This document shows positions 1-8,883 of a DNA stretch of 64,000 nucleotides, in pieces (the first letter of the stretch is position 1; each line of letters begins with the position of its first letter). The stretch lies in assembly GCA_034520565.1 (NCBI GenBank), contig JAXHNL010000002.1, forward strand, positions 1,568,001 through 1,632,000, in the 5' to 3' direction. Source of the stretch: Halodesulfurarchaeum sp. (GTDB lineage: Archaea > Halobacteriota > Halobacteria > Halobacteriales > Halobacteriaceae). The notes beneath the pieces are model-generated. The model was not told the DNA's origin. It saw nothing but the letters and a program-made list of their open reading frames with translations, and did not search any database. The translations under genes and the position numbers were made by a program.

Positions 1-916
1 TCCCCTTCCGGGTTTGTCCATGTAAATTCTGATGAGCTCCAACTCCTCCCACAGCCGTTCTTTCAACGTCTCGAGGCCTCGTTCTTTCTCCGCGCTGATG
101 AAGATCGCCGCCTCGGGATCGATGTTGTGCGTCCAGGAGATCCTCCCGCATCGTTTCCGCGTAGGACTGATCGATTAGGTCGACCTTGTTTACCACGGTG
201 AGGGACGGGAGATAGACTCGATTTTGCATAATTCCGTCGACGAGCGTGTCGATGTCTGGGTCGCCGCGAATGGTTACCGACGCGTTGACGTAGCCGTGCT
301 CTCGGAGCACGCTCTTGATGGTCGCCTCGTCGAGAGAGAGGTCAGCGGAGGCGTTGACGTCGATCCCGTCTTTTCCTTTTTTCCGAACGTTGATCGGGGG
401 CGGATCGGTGTCGACACGAATGTTGTTCCGGTAGAGTTCCTCGGCGAGGGGACCGTACTGTTCGATTTCGAACGCCGAAAGCATGAAGACGACGAGGTCG
501 GCGGTTCTGATGACCGAGAGAACTTCGCGACCGTCACCCCGACCTCCGGCCGCACCTTCGATCAATCCCGGGACGTCGAGCAACTGGATGTTCGCCCCCC
601 GATAATCGAGCATTCCCGGGTAGACATCGAGAGTCGTGAAGTCGTATGCTCCGACTTCGCTATCGGCGTTCGTGAGGGCGTTGATCAAGGTGGACTTCCC
701 GACGCTCGGAAAGCCGACGAGGGCGACCGTGGCGTCACCGGTCTGCTCCACGCCGTATCCACCGCCGCCGCTGCTCGATTCCTGCTGGGTGTCGAGTTCC
801 TCGCGCTTCTCCGCGAGTTTGGCTTTGAGCCGACCGATGTGAGCTTCAGTGGACTTGTTGTAGGGAGTTTCGGCGATCTCCTCCTCGATTGCCTCGATCT
901 CCTCCTCAAGTCCCAT
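1..916 (-). CDS. DRG/Obg-family GTP-binding protein (3'-partial; apparent 1-nt frameshift near 133)
   Basis: Manual translation from ATG at 916: MGLEEEIEAIEEEIAETPYNKSTEAHIGRLKAKL..., G1 GFPSVGKS, G4 NKVD; continues as HNIDPEAAIFISAEKERGLETLKERLWEELELIRIYMDKPG after a frame change. Not in the ORF track because it runs off the window. Confidence 0.88.
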   Translation of the reverse strand, partial: MGLEEEIEAIEEEIAETPYNKSTEAHIGRLKAKLAEKREELDTQQESSSGGGGYGVEQTGDATVALVGFPSVGKSTLINALTNADSEVGAYDFTTLDVYPGMLDYRGANIQLLDVPGLIEGAAGGRGDGREVLSVIRTADLVVFMLSAFEIEQYGPLAEELYRNNIRVDTDPPPINVRKKGKDGIDVNASADLSLDEATIKSVLREHGYVNASVTIRGDPDIDTLVDGIMQNRVYLPSLTVVNKVDLIDQSYAETMREDLLDAQHRSRGGDLHQRGERTRPRDVERTAVGGVGAHQNLHGQTRKG

Positions 917-1041
917 TACCTGCCGATATTCGACAGCCGCCGAAAAGCTTGTCCAATCCGTTTGGGAGCCATCAGTGGAGTGGCCGCCGACACTTCCCGG
1001 AAAAGACAAGGGTTAAACCCGATCATCGACTGGCTGCCAAT

Positions 1042-1518
1042 ATGGCTGACACGATCGAAATCCTCGTTGCTGGCGGCGAGGCCGATCCGGGCCCGCCACT
1101 CGGGCCAGAGCTGGGACCGACCCCCGTCGACGTCCAGGCGGTCGTCCAGAAAATCAACGACGAGACTGCCGCGTTCGACGGCACGGAGGTCCCCGTCACT
1201 ATCGAGTACGAGGAAGACGGGTCCTTCTCCATCGAAGTGGGGGTCCCTCCGACGGCGGCACTGATCAAGGACGAAGCGGGCTTCGAGACGGGAAGCGGCG
1301 ATCCGGATACGAACTTCGTCGCGGACCTCTCGGTCGAACAGGTGAAAACGATCGCCGAACAGAAGCTTTCGGACCTTCTCTCCTATGACCCAAAGGCCGC
1401 GGTGAAGGAAGTCGCCGGAACCTGTGTCTCCCTCGGTGTGACTGTCGAGGGCGAGGACGCCCGAACGTTCAAACAGCGCGTCGACGACGGCGAGTACGAC
1501 GACGTTCTCGAGGCCTGA
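1042..1518 (+). CDS. rpl11: 50S ribosomal protein L11
   Basis: MADTIEILVAGGEADPGPPLGPELGP... typical uL11; upstream of rpl1; start trimmed from ORF 889..1518. Confidence 0.97.
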   Translation: MADTIEILVAGGEADPGPPLGPELGPTPVDVQAVVQKINDETAAFDGTEVPVTIEYEEDGSFSIEVGVPPTAALIKDEAGFETGSGDPDTNFVADLSVEQVKTIAEQKLSDLLSYDPKAAVKEVAGTCVSLGVTVEGEDARTFKQRVDDGEYDDVLEA

Positions 1519-1571
1519 AACGGCTCCCCGACGGTTCGACGGGTTTAAGTTGGCTTCGACACCTTTCTCCA

Positions 1572-1648
1572 CCCGAGACAGGCATCGCCTGTTTCACTGA
1601 CCCGTAGGAGATCTGACCTGAGAGGGTCGTGGACTACGGAGGTGAAAA
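1572..1648 (+). promoter_or_regulatory. Structured 5' leader of rpl1-rpl10-rpl12, probable ribosomal-protein autoregulatory site
   Basis: TTTAAG TATA-like box at ~1544; hairpin GAGACAGGC-ATC-GCCTGTTTC; CCGTAG...CTACGG stem abutting the GGAGGTGA Shine-Dalgarno. Confidence 0.55.
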
Positions 1649-2287
1649 ATGGCAGACTCTGCTATCGAAGAGGCCGTGAATCGCGCACTCGAGGAGGCCC
1701 CGGAGCGTGCGTTCCGGGAGACGGTGGACCTCGCTGTAAACCTGCGCGACATCGACCTGAATGACCCATCGAATCGTATCGACGAAAGCGTCGTCCTCCC
1801 GGAGGGGACCGGTCAAGAGACATCGATCGTGGTGTTCGCGACCGGCGAAACTGCCGTCCGGGCCGCTGACGTCGCCGAGGAAGTGCTCGACGGAGACGAT
1901 CTCGAGGACCTCGGTGACGACGACGATGCTGCAAAAGACCTGGCAGACGCTACCGACTTCTTCGTCGCCGAAGCGTCGATGATGCAGGACATCGGTCGAT
2001 ACCTCGGGACCGTCCTGGGTCCCCGGGGAAAGATGCCGACGCCGCTGCAACCTGACGACGACGTCGTCGAAGTCGTGAACCGAATGAAAAACAGCGTCCA
2101 GCTTCGCAGTGGCGACCGACGCACGTTCCACGCACGCGTCGGCGCCGAGGACATGAGCGCAGAGGAGATCGCCGACAACATCGACGTGATCCTCCGTCGT
2201 CTCCACGCAGACCTGGAAAAGGGCCCACTTAACGTGGATTCCGTGTACGTGAAGACCACGATGGGACCCGCCGTGGAGGTGGCCTAA
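1649..2287 (+). CDS. rpl1: 50S ribosomal protein L1
   Basis: [26 protein letters not shown] motifs. Confidence 0.97.
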   Translation: MADSAIEEAVNRALEEAPERAFRETVDLAVNLRDIDLNDPSNRIDESVVLPEGTGQETSIVVFATGETAVRAADVAEEVLDGDDLEDLGDDDDAAKDLADATDFFVAEASMMQDIGRYLGTVLGPRGKMPTPLQPDDDVVEVVNRMKNSVQLRSGDRRTFHARVGAEDMSAEEIADNIDVILRRLHADLEKGPLNVDSVYVKTTMGPAVEVA

Positions 2288-3331
2288 ATGACGGCCGAAG
2301 TCGACCACACGACCGAGCACGTTCCCGAGTGGAAAAAGCGGGAAGTCGAGGACCTGGTCTCGGTGATCGAGTCCTACGACAGCGTGGGTATCATCGACGT
2401 CGAGGGCATCCCGAGCCGACAGCTCCAGGAGATGCGGGCCGAACTTTACGGAACGGCCGCACTCCGGATGAGCCGCAATACGCTGCTCGAGCGTGCCCTC
2501 GACCAAGTTGACGAAGGGCTGGAGGCGCTCGTTCCGTACCTCTCGGGCCACGTGGGGCTCGTCGGGACGAACGAGAACCCCTTCACCCTGTACCAGCAAC
2601 TCGAACAGTCCAAGACTGCGGCCCCGATCAGTGCTGGTGAGATCGCCCCGAAAGACATCGTTATCGAGGAGGGCGACACGGGGATGGACCCCGGCCCGTT
2701 CGTCGGCGACCTTCAGAACGTGGGCGCCGCCGCTCGCATCGACGAAGGGTCGATCAAGGTTCTCGAAGACAGCGTCGTTGCGGAGGCCGGAGACCGTGTC
2801 TCCCAGGATTTGGCCGGCGTGCTTGGCGAACTCGGCATCGAACCGAAGGAGGTCGGACTCGACCTCCGTGCCGTGTATGCTGACGGCGTCCTCTTCGAGT
2901 CCGAGGAACTCGAAATCGACATCGAGCAGTTCCACGCCGACTTCCAGTCCGCGGCCGCAGCGGCCCACAACCTGGCCGTCAACGCCGCCATCCCGACGAC
3001 GGACTCGATGCCCGCCCTGCTCGCGAAAGCCAGCGGCGAGGCGAAGAGCCTCGGCCTGCAGGCCGCTATCGAGAGCCCGGATCTCGTGGACGATCTGGTC
3101 TCGACTGCAGATGCCCAGGTTCGGGCGATCGCGTCCCAGATCGAGGATACGGACGCCCTGCCCGAGGAACTGGCTGACATCGACGCCCCGGCCGCGGGCG
3201 AGACAGCCGAACCGACGGAATCGACCGACGACCAACCCGACGAGGCAGACACCGACGAGGAAGATGAAGACGTGGACGATGACGACGACGAAGACGCTGG
3301 TGGCGAAGGCCTCGGAGAAATGTTCGGATAA
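2288..3331 (+). CDS. rpl10: 50S ribosomal protein L10 (P0)
   Basis: [23 protein letters not shown]; acidic tail ending GLGEMFG. Confidence 0.97.
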   Translation: MTAEVDHTTEHVPEWKKREVEDLVSVIESYDSVGIIDVEGIPSRQLQEMRAELYGTAALRMSRNTLLERALDQVDEGLEALVPYLSGHVGLVGTNENPFTLYQQLEQSKTAAPISAGEIAPKDIVIEEGDTGMDPGPFVGDLQNVGAAARIDEGSIKVLEDSVVAEAGDRVSQDLAGVLGELGIEPKEVGLDLRAVYADGVLFESEELEIDIEQFHADFQSAAAAAHNLAVNAAIPTTDSMPALLAKASGEAKSLGLQAAIESPDLVDDLVSTADAQVRAIASQIEDTDALPEELADIDAPAAGETAEPTESTDDQPDEADTDEEDEDVDDDDDEDAGGEGLGEMFG

Positions 3332-3336
3332 CACCC

Positions 3337-3669
3337 ATGGAATACGTATACGCAGCACTCATCTTGAACGAAGCCGACGCAGAGATCAACGAAGACAACC
3401 TGACTGACGTACTCGAGTCCGCCGGCGTGGACGTCGAGGAATCCCGTGTCAAGGCCCTCGTCGCCGCCCTCGAAGACGTCGATATCGAGGAGGCCGTCGA
3501 GCAGGCCGCCGCAGCCCCGGCTCCCGCCGCTGGCGGTGGCGCTGCCGAAGAAACGACCGAAGCAGACGAGGAGGAAGCAGACGAAGAGACTGCCGAAGCG
3601 GACGAGGAAGAAGCCGAAGAAGAAGAGGAGGAAGCCTCGGGCGAAGGCCTGGGCGACCTCTTCGGGTAG
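3337..3669 (+). CDS. rpl12: 50S ribosomal protein L12 (P1)
   Basis: [10 protein letters not shown]..., Ala-rich hinge, acidic tail GLGDLFG. Confidence 0.97.
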   Translation: MEYVYAALILNEADAEINEDNLTDVLESAGVDVEESRVKALVAALEDVDIEEAVEQAAAAPAPAAGGGAAEETTEADEEEADEETAEADEEEAEEEEEEASGEGLGDLFG

Positions 3670-3718
3670 ACCCGCAGGTCACCACGAGGCTCGGGTAGAC
3701 CGGCAGTCACAACGAGGC
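3662..3718. repeat. Imperfect ~29-bp tandem duplication spanning the rpl12 stop
   Basis: TCGGGTAGACCCGCAGGTCACCACGAGGC followed by TCGGGTAGACCGGCAGTCACAACGAGGC, then a T-run. Confidence 0.8.
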
Positions 3719-3770
3719 AGTTTTTCGTTTATAGCCCGTTCGAAGCGACGGCGCTGACCCGGGACGAACG

Positions 3771-4475
3771 TCAGTTTGTACAATCCCAAACGTCATCGTC
3801 AGGAAACGCTGCGATTTCCACCCGCCACCCATCGAGAACCGCAAACCGTTCGTTTCGTCGACGTTCGAGGCAACGCAGCAAGCGGGCTGCCCATTTGAGC
3901 TTCCGCCGCTTTGTCCCTGAAACCGATTCGTCGCCGAACTCCCACCCCGGGAAGGACAGTGATCTACCCCCGAAGTGATCTGCGAGAAACGCGGCCCGAT
4001 CCCCGTCCGTGAACCCGCCGAAGTTGAAGACGGATTTCAGGGGTTCGACCTGCGTCGTCCCGATCACGGTTTCGAGTTCGAACCGAGGGAGATACGTCCT
4101 GAGCGCCGCCACGTTGTCCCCGTGAGCGTGTATCGCGACCGGGACGCCATCGGTAGCGAGGGAAATGGCCGTCTCCGGCGTTCCATCGAGGTCGGTGACG
4201 ACGAGATCGGGGCGAATCCCGGCCGCCTCGAGCACGGCGGCTGCGTTCGAAACAGCGATTACTCGCTCTGCCTCTCGGACGAGCGAAATTTCGGCTTCGA
4301 GGGTCCGACTCCCTCCGGCAATCGCAACCGTTCGATCCGCGAAGTCGAGATCGGCAAAATCGAAGGGCATCACGAATTGGGCCAGCAGGTCCCGTGCCTG
4401 CCGGTCTGCGGCGGGATCGTATCCGAAGTCGGCCACGATCCGTTCGTAAATCGGCTCCCACGCCTCGTATTCCAT
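3771..4475 (-). CDS. mptE: 6-hydroxymethyl-7,8-dihydropterin pyrophosphokinase MptE-like (DUF115)
   Basis: WEPIYERIVADFGYD, VVTDLDG, HAHGDN, NFGGFTDGDRAAFLA. Confidence 0.85.
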   Translation of the reverse strand: MEYEAWEPIYERIVADFGYDPAADRQARDLLAQFVMPFDFADLDFADRTVAIAGGSRTLEAEISLVREAERVIAVSNAAAVLEAAGIRPDLVVTDLDGTPETAISLATDGVPVAIHAHGDNVAALRTYLPRFELETVIGTTQVEPLKSVFNFGGFTDGDRAAFLADHFGGRSLSFPGWEFGDESVSGTKRRKLKWAARLLRCLERRRNERFAVLDGWRVEIAAFPDDDVWDCTN

Positions 4476-4695
4476 GGCTTTCGCTATGCGGTCAAAATAT
4501 GTAGGAACCCTGGTTCGAGCCGGAGACCCCGACCGTTTGTACCCCTACCCAAGGGGTCCGGCCTCCAATCACCGCTTTAACCCCATCCGGTATAAGTTTT
4601 CTTGTTGTCAGGGGACGATCATGGGTGATGTGGGCCCGATCGACCCACAGTCTCGGGTGCCTTTTTGGTTCGGGCCCGCCTATCTGGGCACGATC

Positions 4696-5694
4696 ATGGA
4701 ATTTCTGAGCCAGATCCAAACGGCGACGTTTTACAACCCGCTCGAGGACTTCGCCGAAACCGACGTGGAGATCGAAGTCCGTGAGGACCCCTTGACTGGT
4801 CGCCAGACGAGGATCGTCCCGGACTCGTTTATCGAACCGGAGGAGACCCCGGACCTCCCAGCGTCGGTCATCGATGGCGAGGGGTGTTTTTTCTGCCCCG
4901 GAACCGTGGCGGAAGCCACGCCAAAATACCCCGATTTCGTCGGCTTCGATCGGGGTTCGGTTGGCGAAGCGACCTCATTTCCGAACCTGAACCCCTACGG
5001 CGCGCATTCGAACGTCGTCGTTCTGACCGAGGATCATTACGTGCCACTCGGCGAGCTTTCGGCCGAGGTGCTCGCGGACGGCCTTGTCGCTGCGCTCGAA
5101 TACGTCACGGCCGTCTTCGAGGAAGACACCGACGCTTCCGTCGCGTCGGTCAATATGAACCTCCTGCCTGCAGCCGGTTCGAGTATTATTCACCCCCACG
5201 TGCAGACCCTCGTCGACGATCGGGGGACGAACAGTCAGCGGGCTCGAATCGACGGTGCTCGGGAATATTCGGAGGGGACTGGAGCCGAGTATTTCGGGGA
5301 CCTGCTCGACTCGACTCGGAATACCGAGCGCTATATCGGCTCGACCGGAGACGTCGAGTGGATTGCCCCGTTTGCCCCACGGCATCACCGTCACGTCCAG
5401 GGAATCGCCCCGGAACCTGGACTCCTCGAAGCCGATTCCGACGTCGTGGCATCCGTCGCGGCGGGCATTGCCAACGTGGCCGCCCAGTATGCCGACCTCG
5501 GGCTCAACAGTTTCAATTTCGGGCTGCATCTGGTTGACGACGAGGCGGTCAGACCGCACGTCGACGTCGTCGCCAGAGCCGCTTTCGACGAGTACGGATG
5601 GAGCGATGCCACCTTCTTCGAGACGATTCACGACGAAAGTGTCATCGACGTCCCACCGGAGGCGTACGCGAATTCGGTCGCTGCGTTCTTCTAA
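4696..5694 (+). CDS. GalT-like HIT nucleotidyltransferase
   Basis: REDPLTG, CFFC Zn motif, FPNL, GSSIIHPHVQ (HxHxQ nucleophile); start chosen at ATG 4696. Confidence 0.8.
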   Translation: MEFLSQIQTATFYNPLEDFAETDVEIEVREDPLTGRQTRIVPDSFIEPEETPDLPASVIDGEGCFFCPGTVAEATPKYPDFVGFDRGSVGEATSFPNLNPYGAHSNVVVLTEDHYVPLGELSAEVLADGLVAALEYVTAVFEEDTDASVASVNMNLLPAAGSSIIHPHVQTLVDDRGTNSQRARIDGAREYSEGTGAEYFGDLLDSTRNTERYIGSTGDVEWIAPFAPRHHRHVQGIAPEPGLLEADSDVVASVAAGIANVAAQYADLGLNSFNFGLHLVDDEAVRPHVDVVARAAFDEYGWSDATFFETIHDESVIDVPPEAYANSVAAFF

Positions 5695-5762
5695 CGCGTC
5701 AGCCTGACCGGGTACTGATAGAATGACCGCGGGTTTTTGGCTACTCGCTTCCAGTACTTCGT

Positions 5763-6515
5763 ATGGTCGAGCAGGACGGAACCGCGGGACCAGACCCCCC
5801 CGCCGTGGTGGTCGTGGACGCGCAGACTCCGGGTAACGTCGGCACTATCGCCAGGGCAATGAAGAATTTCGGGTTCACCGACCTCCGTCTCGTCGATCCG
5901 CCGGAACTGGACCCGGAGGGAGAAGCCTACGGCTATGCTGGACAGGCGAGAGCGGACGTGTTACCGAACGCCTCCGAGACGACCCTCGAGGACGTCGTCG
6001 AAACGTTTCATACGGTCGGGTTCACGGCCGTGACCAACGAAGACGGTTCGAGTCACGTCCGGTACCCGTTCAAAACCCCCCATGAACTGGCCGAATCGCT
6101 GGAGGAGTTCCCCCGGCGAACGGCCCTGGTTTTTGGTCGAGAACCGACCGGGTTGCATAACGACGAACTCGCCAGGCTCGACGAGATCTGTGCGATTCCT
6201 GCGGACGCGGACTATCCGGTATTGAACCTCGGCCAGGCCGCAACGATCGCGTTGTACGAACTCCGTGACGTGGCCGTCCAGGAGACCCAATTGCCGGACC
6301 GGAAGCCAGCGCTCGCGGAACCGGCCGAAATCGAGCGGTTTCACGACCACGTAGCACGGTTTCTCGTCGAAATCGGTCATCCAAAGGAAAAGCGGTCGAA
6401 GACCCAGCGGCTCGTCCGTCGGGTAATCGGACGGGCGAATCCGACCGGTCGAGAACTCGTGACACTTCGAGGCGTGATGCGGCGAGCCGGCAGCGACCGG
6501 AACGAAACGGAGTGA
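5763..6515 (+). CDS. SPOUT RNA methyltransferase, TrmJ/LasT family
   Basis: PGNVGTIARAMKNFG, FGREPTGL, YPVLNLGQA. Confidence 0.9.
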   Translation: MVEQDGTAGPDPPAVVVVDAQTPGNVGTIARAMKNFGFTDLRLVDPPELDPEGEAYGYAGQARADVLPNASETTLEDVVETFHTVGFTAVTNEDGSSHVRYPFKTPHELAESLEEFPRRTALVFGREPTGLHNDELARLDEICAIPADADYPVLNLGQAATIALYELRDVAVQETQLPDRKPALAEPAEIERFHDHVARFLVEIGHPKEKRSKTQRLVRRVIGRANPTGRELVTLRGVMRRAGSDRNETE

Positions 6516-7541
6516 TTACCGCTTTCGACCGCGGTTCGGGTGTTCCGATTTGCCGTACGTCGGCCCCGTCTCCGTTATCGTCTCATCGATATCGCGAAGG
6601 ACACCGAGCATTTTGGCGTAGGGGGCATCCAATATCTTGACGACGAGATCCCGACGGATCGCGGTGAACCCGAGCATAATCAGGACGAATCCACCAATCA
6701 TCGTTGGCGTGATAGCCTGACCGAGCAGGATCCAGGCCACCAGCGCGGCGGTCATTGGTTCGAGATACCCGACCAAATTGAGCTGCGAGGGGCCGACACG
6801 GTCGAGCAGCGTGAAATAGATCAAGTAGGCGACGATTCCCGAAAACAGAACCAGATATCCCAACGAGATCCACCCTGTACTGGTAATTTCGAGCCCGGTC
6901 ATCGATTCGCCGCGGAGCTGTCCGACGGTGAGCAGAATGGTCGATCCGCCCAACATGGCCCAGGCCTGGACGGTCTCGATCGGCAGCCCCGACCGAACCG
7001 TCCGGGAGAGGACGCCACCGGCCGCGAAACTCGCCGCGGCGAGGAGCACGAGACCGATTCCTTGCAGGTGTTTGACGTCCAGGGTTCCGGGATCGGGCTG
7101 GGCGATGACCACGACGCCGACGAGTCCCAGGACGAATCCGACGATCTCGTGAACTCGCGGGAACCCACGCTCGAGAGTGAGACTGGCGAAGACGAGGGTT
7201 AGCACCGGTGCGAGGCTGAGCACGATCGAAGCGACTGCTCCGGAAACGATCTGCTCGCCGAGGTAGAGGAACGCGTGATTGGCGAAGATCATGAAGACGG
7301 CAACGATGCCGATCAGTGTCAAATCCGTCCGGTTCTGCGGGAGAATAACCGGTGCGGACATGACTGCAACGGCCATGATGAGCCCCCCGGCAAGGAGGTA
7401 CCGAATCCCGGCGAAGTGGAGTGGCGGAAATTCGTGGAGGCCGACTTCGATAGCGACGAACGAACTACCCCAGAAGAGTGCCAGGAGGAGGAACAGTGCG
7501 ACCGTTCCCCTGGGACCGCGGAGGAAATGAGAGACGTTCAT
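6516..7541 (-). CDS. EamA/DMT family transporter
   Basis: FWGSSFVAIEVGL, ~10 hydrophobic segments, YLEP motif. Confidence 0.9.
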   Translation of the reverse strand: MNVSHFLRGPRGTVALFLLLALFWGSSFVAIEVGLHEFPPLHFAGIRYLLAGGLIMAVAVMSAPVILPQNRTDLTLIGIVAVFMIFANHAFLYLGEQIVSGAVASIVLSLAPVLTLVFASLTLERGFPRVHEIVGFVLGLVGVVVIAQPDPGTLDVKHLQGIGLVLLAAASFAAGGVLSRTVRSGLPIETVQAWAMLGGSTILLTVGQLRGESMTGLEITSTGWISLGYLVLFSGIVAYLIYFTLLDRVGPSQLNLVGYLEPMTAALVAWILLGQAITPTMIGGFVLIMLGFTAIRRDLVVKILDAPYAKMLGVLRDIDETITETGPTYGKSEHPNRGRKR

Positions 7542-7816
7542 TGTATGAATACGAAATTCACGGTGTCTTTTAAGGCTTTCTACAAAACATCATAGAAATC
7601 TCAAGGTACATTCGGGATAATGAATAACAGTAATAGATTAATGGCAGTGGGGGCGGATTATGGTCCGGATTTCGAACCTGACCCAATCACAGGAGGCGAA
7701 CGAACGCCGACGGACCCCAATTTTCGTCGATAGATCGACTCCGCGCTTGGAAATCACGTCGTTCATCGGTGAAAGAGACGACAGGTTAACTAAATGGGGC
7801 CGTATACAGAGCCAGC

Positions 7817-8299
7817 ATGGACGAACGCGACGTCGCCATTCTCAAGGCGATCTCCGATCTCGGCACGGGGAGTCCCGATCGCATCCACGAGGAGACCGAC
7901 ATCCCGGTATCGACGATTCACTATCGGCTCAAGAACCTCCGGGAGGAGGGGATCATCGAAAACGACCTCTATGACTTCGATCACGAGGCCCTGGGACTCG
8001 GCGTGACGATCATCGTCGAGGTCCTGGCGAATTACGACGGGACCTCCGAGGAGGTCCAGGAAGCGCTCTTCGACATCGAAGGGGTGACTCAGGTTTTTTT
8101 CACGATGGGAGAGACGGACTTCATCGTGCTCGCGAAACTGCCCGATTCGGACAGCGTGGAGCGTCTCATCGCGGATTTCGAGTCGATCCCGGAAGTAGAT
8201 CGAACCACGTCGACCTTCGTCGTCTCCACGATGCGAGACGAGTCGCGGGCGCCCGCGACCTACGATCTCGAAACGCTCACGGACGCATTAGTCGAGTGA
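7817..8299 (+). CDS. Lrp/AsnC family transcriptional regulator
   Basis: MDERDVAIL...STIHYRLKNLREEGII HTH; MGETDF RAM domain; divergent from the EamA gene. Confidence 0.9.
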   Translation: MDERDVAILKAISDLGTGSPDRIHEETDIPVSTIHYRLKNLREEGIIENDLYDFDHEALGLGVTIIVEVLANYDGTSEEVQEALFDIEGVTQVFFTMGETDFIVLAKLPDSDSVERLIADFESIPEVDRTTSTFVVSTMRDESRAPATYDLETLTDALVE

Positions 8300-8782
8300 G
8301 ATGTCCGCCGTGGACAGTTTCCGCTCGACGAAGAGCAAGCTTACCAGCCCGAGCATGATGACCGTATAGGCGATCGCCGCGAGCAACGCGTCGTTCACGC
8401 TCGGATATTCCGAGGTTCTGAAGATGATGACTTTTCGAACCATGGCGATCACGCCGGTGTAAATCACCAGGCGAACGATCTGACGCGTCTCGTTCTGTTT
8501 GACGTAGGCGACGACGGTCTGATACACCTCGACAATGATGAGGAGCAACAAGCCAGTCTCGATAAACCCGATAACCACGAGCGGATCGGTAATCCCGCCG
8601 GTTGGGACCGTCAACGCGATCTGGTAAGCCAGATCGATCACACCGATGCCGAACAGGAGCGCGAAAAGAGCGGCGGCTGCCAGTTCGACGACCTGGACGA
8701 ACTGGCCGATTCCGTTTGAGACCTGGTGTGCCCGTTCACCGGTCTTGATTCGATCGTGGTCGCTCGAACCTTCCTTTGACAT
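8288..8782 (-). CDS. PsiE-family membrane protein
   Basis: Four TM segments; LLLIIVEVYQTV and IAMVRKVI motifs. Confidence 0.75.
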   Translation of the reverse strand: MSKEGSSDHDRIKTGERAHQVSNGIGQFVQVVELAAAALFALLFGIGVIDLAYQIALTVPTGGITDPLVVIGFIETGLLLLIIVEVYQTVVAYVKQNETRQIVRLVIYTGVIAMVRKVIIFRTSEYPSVNDALLAAIAYTVIMLGLVSLLFVERKLSTADISLD

Positions 8783-8883
8783 GTCGTGGTGCTTGAACGG
8801 GATAACGGAGGCCCCCCTCCTAAAAGGGTGGGTCGAGAATTACGTGTGGATCGAAATAGGTCTTCCGTGACGATTGAACCGGG

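Noticed and set aside
1634-3358. Long antisense ORFs (also 224..1264, 9202..10959, 16615..17985, 20420..21568, 40392..41408)
   Set aside because: Shadow frames of real genes caused by high GC and codon bias; no recognisable motifs.
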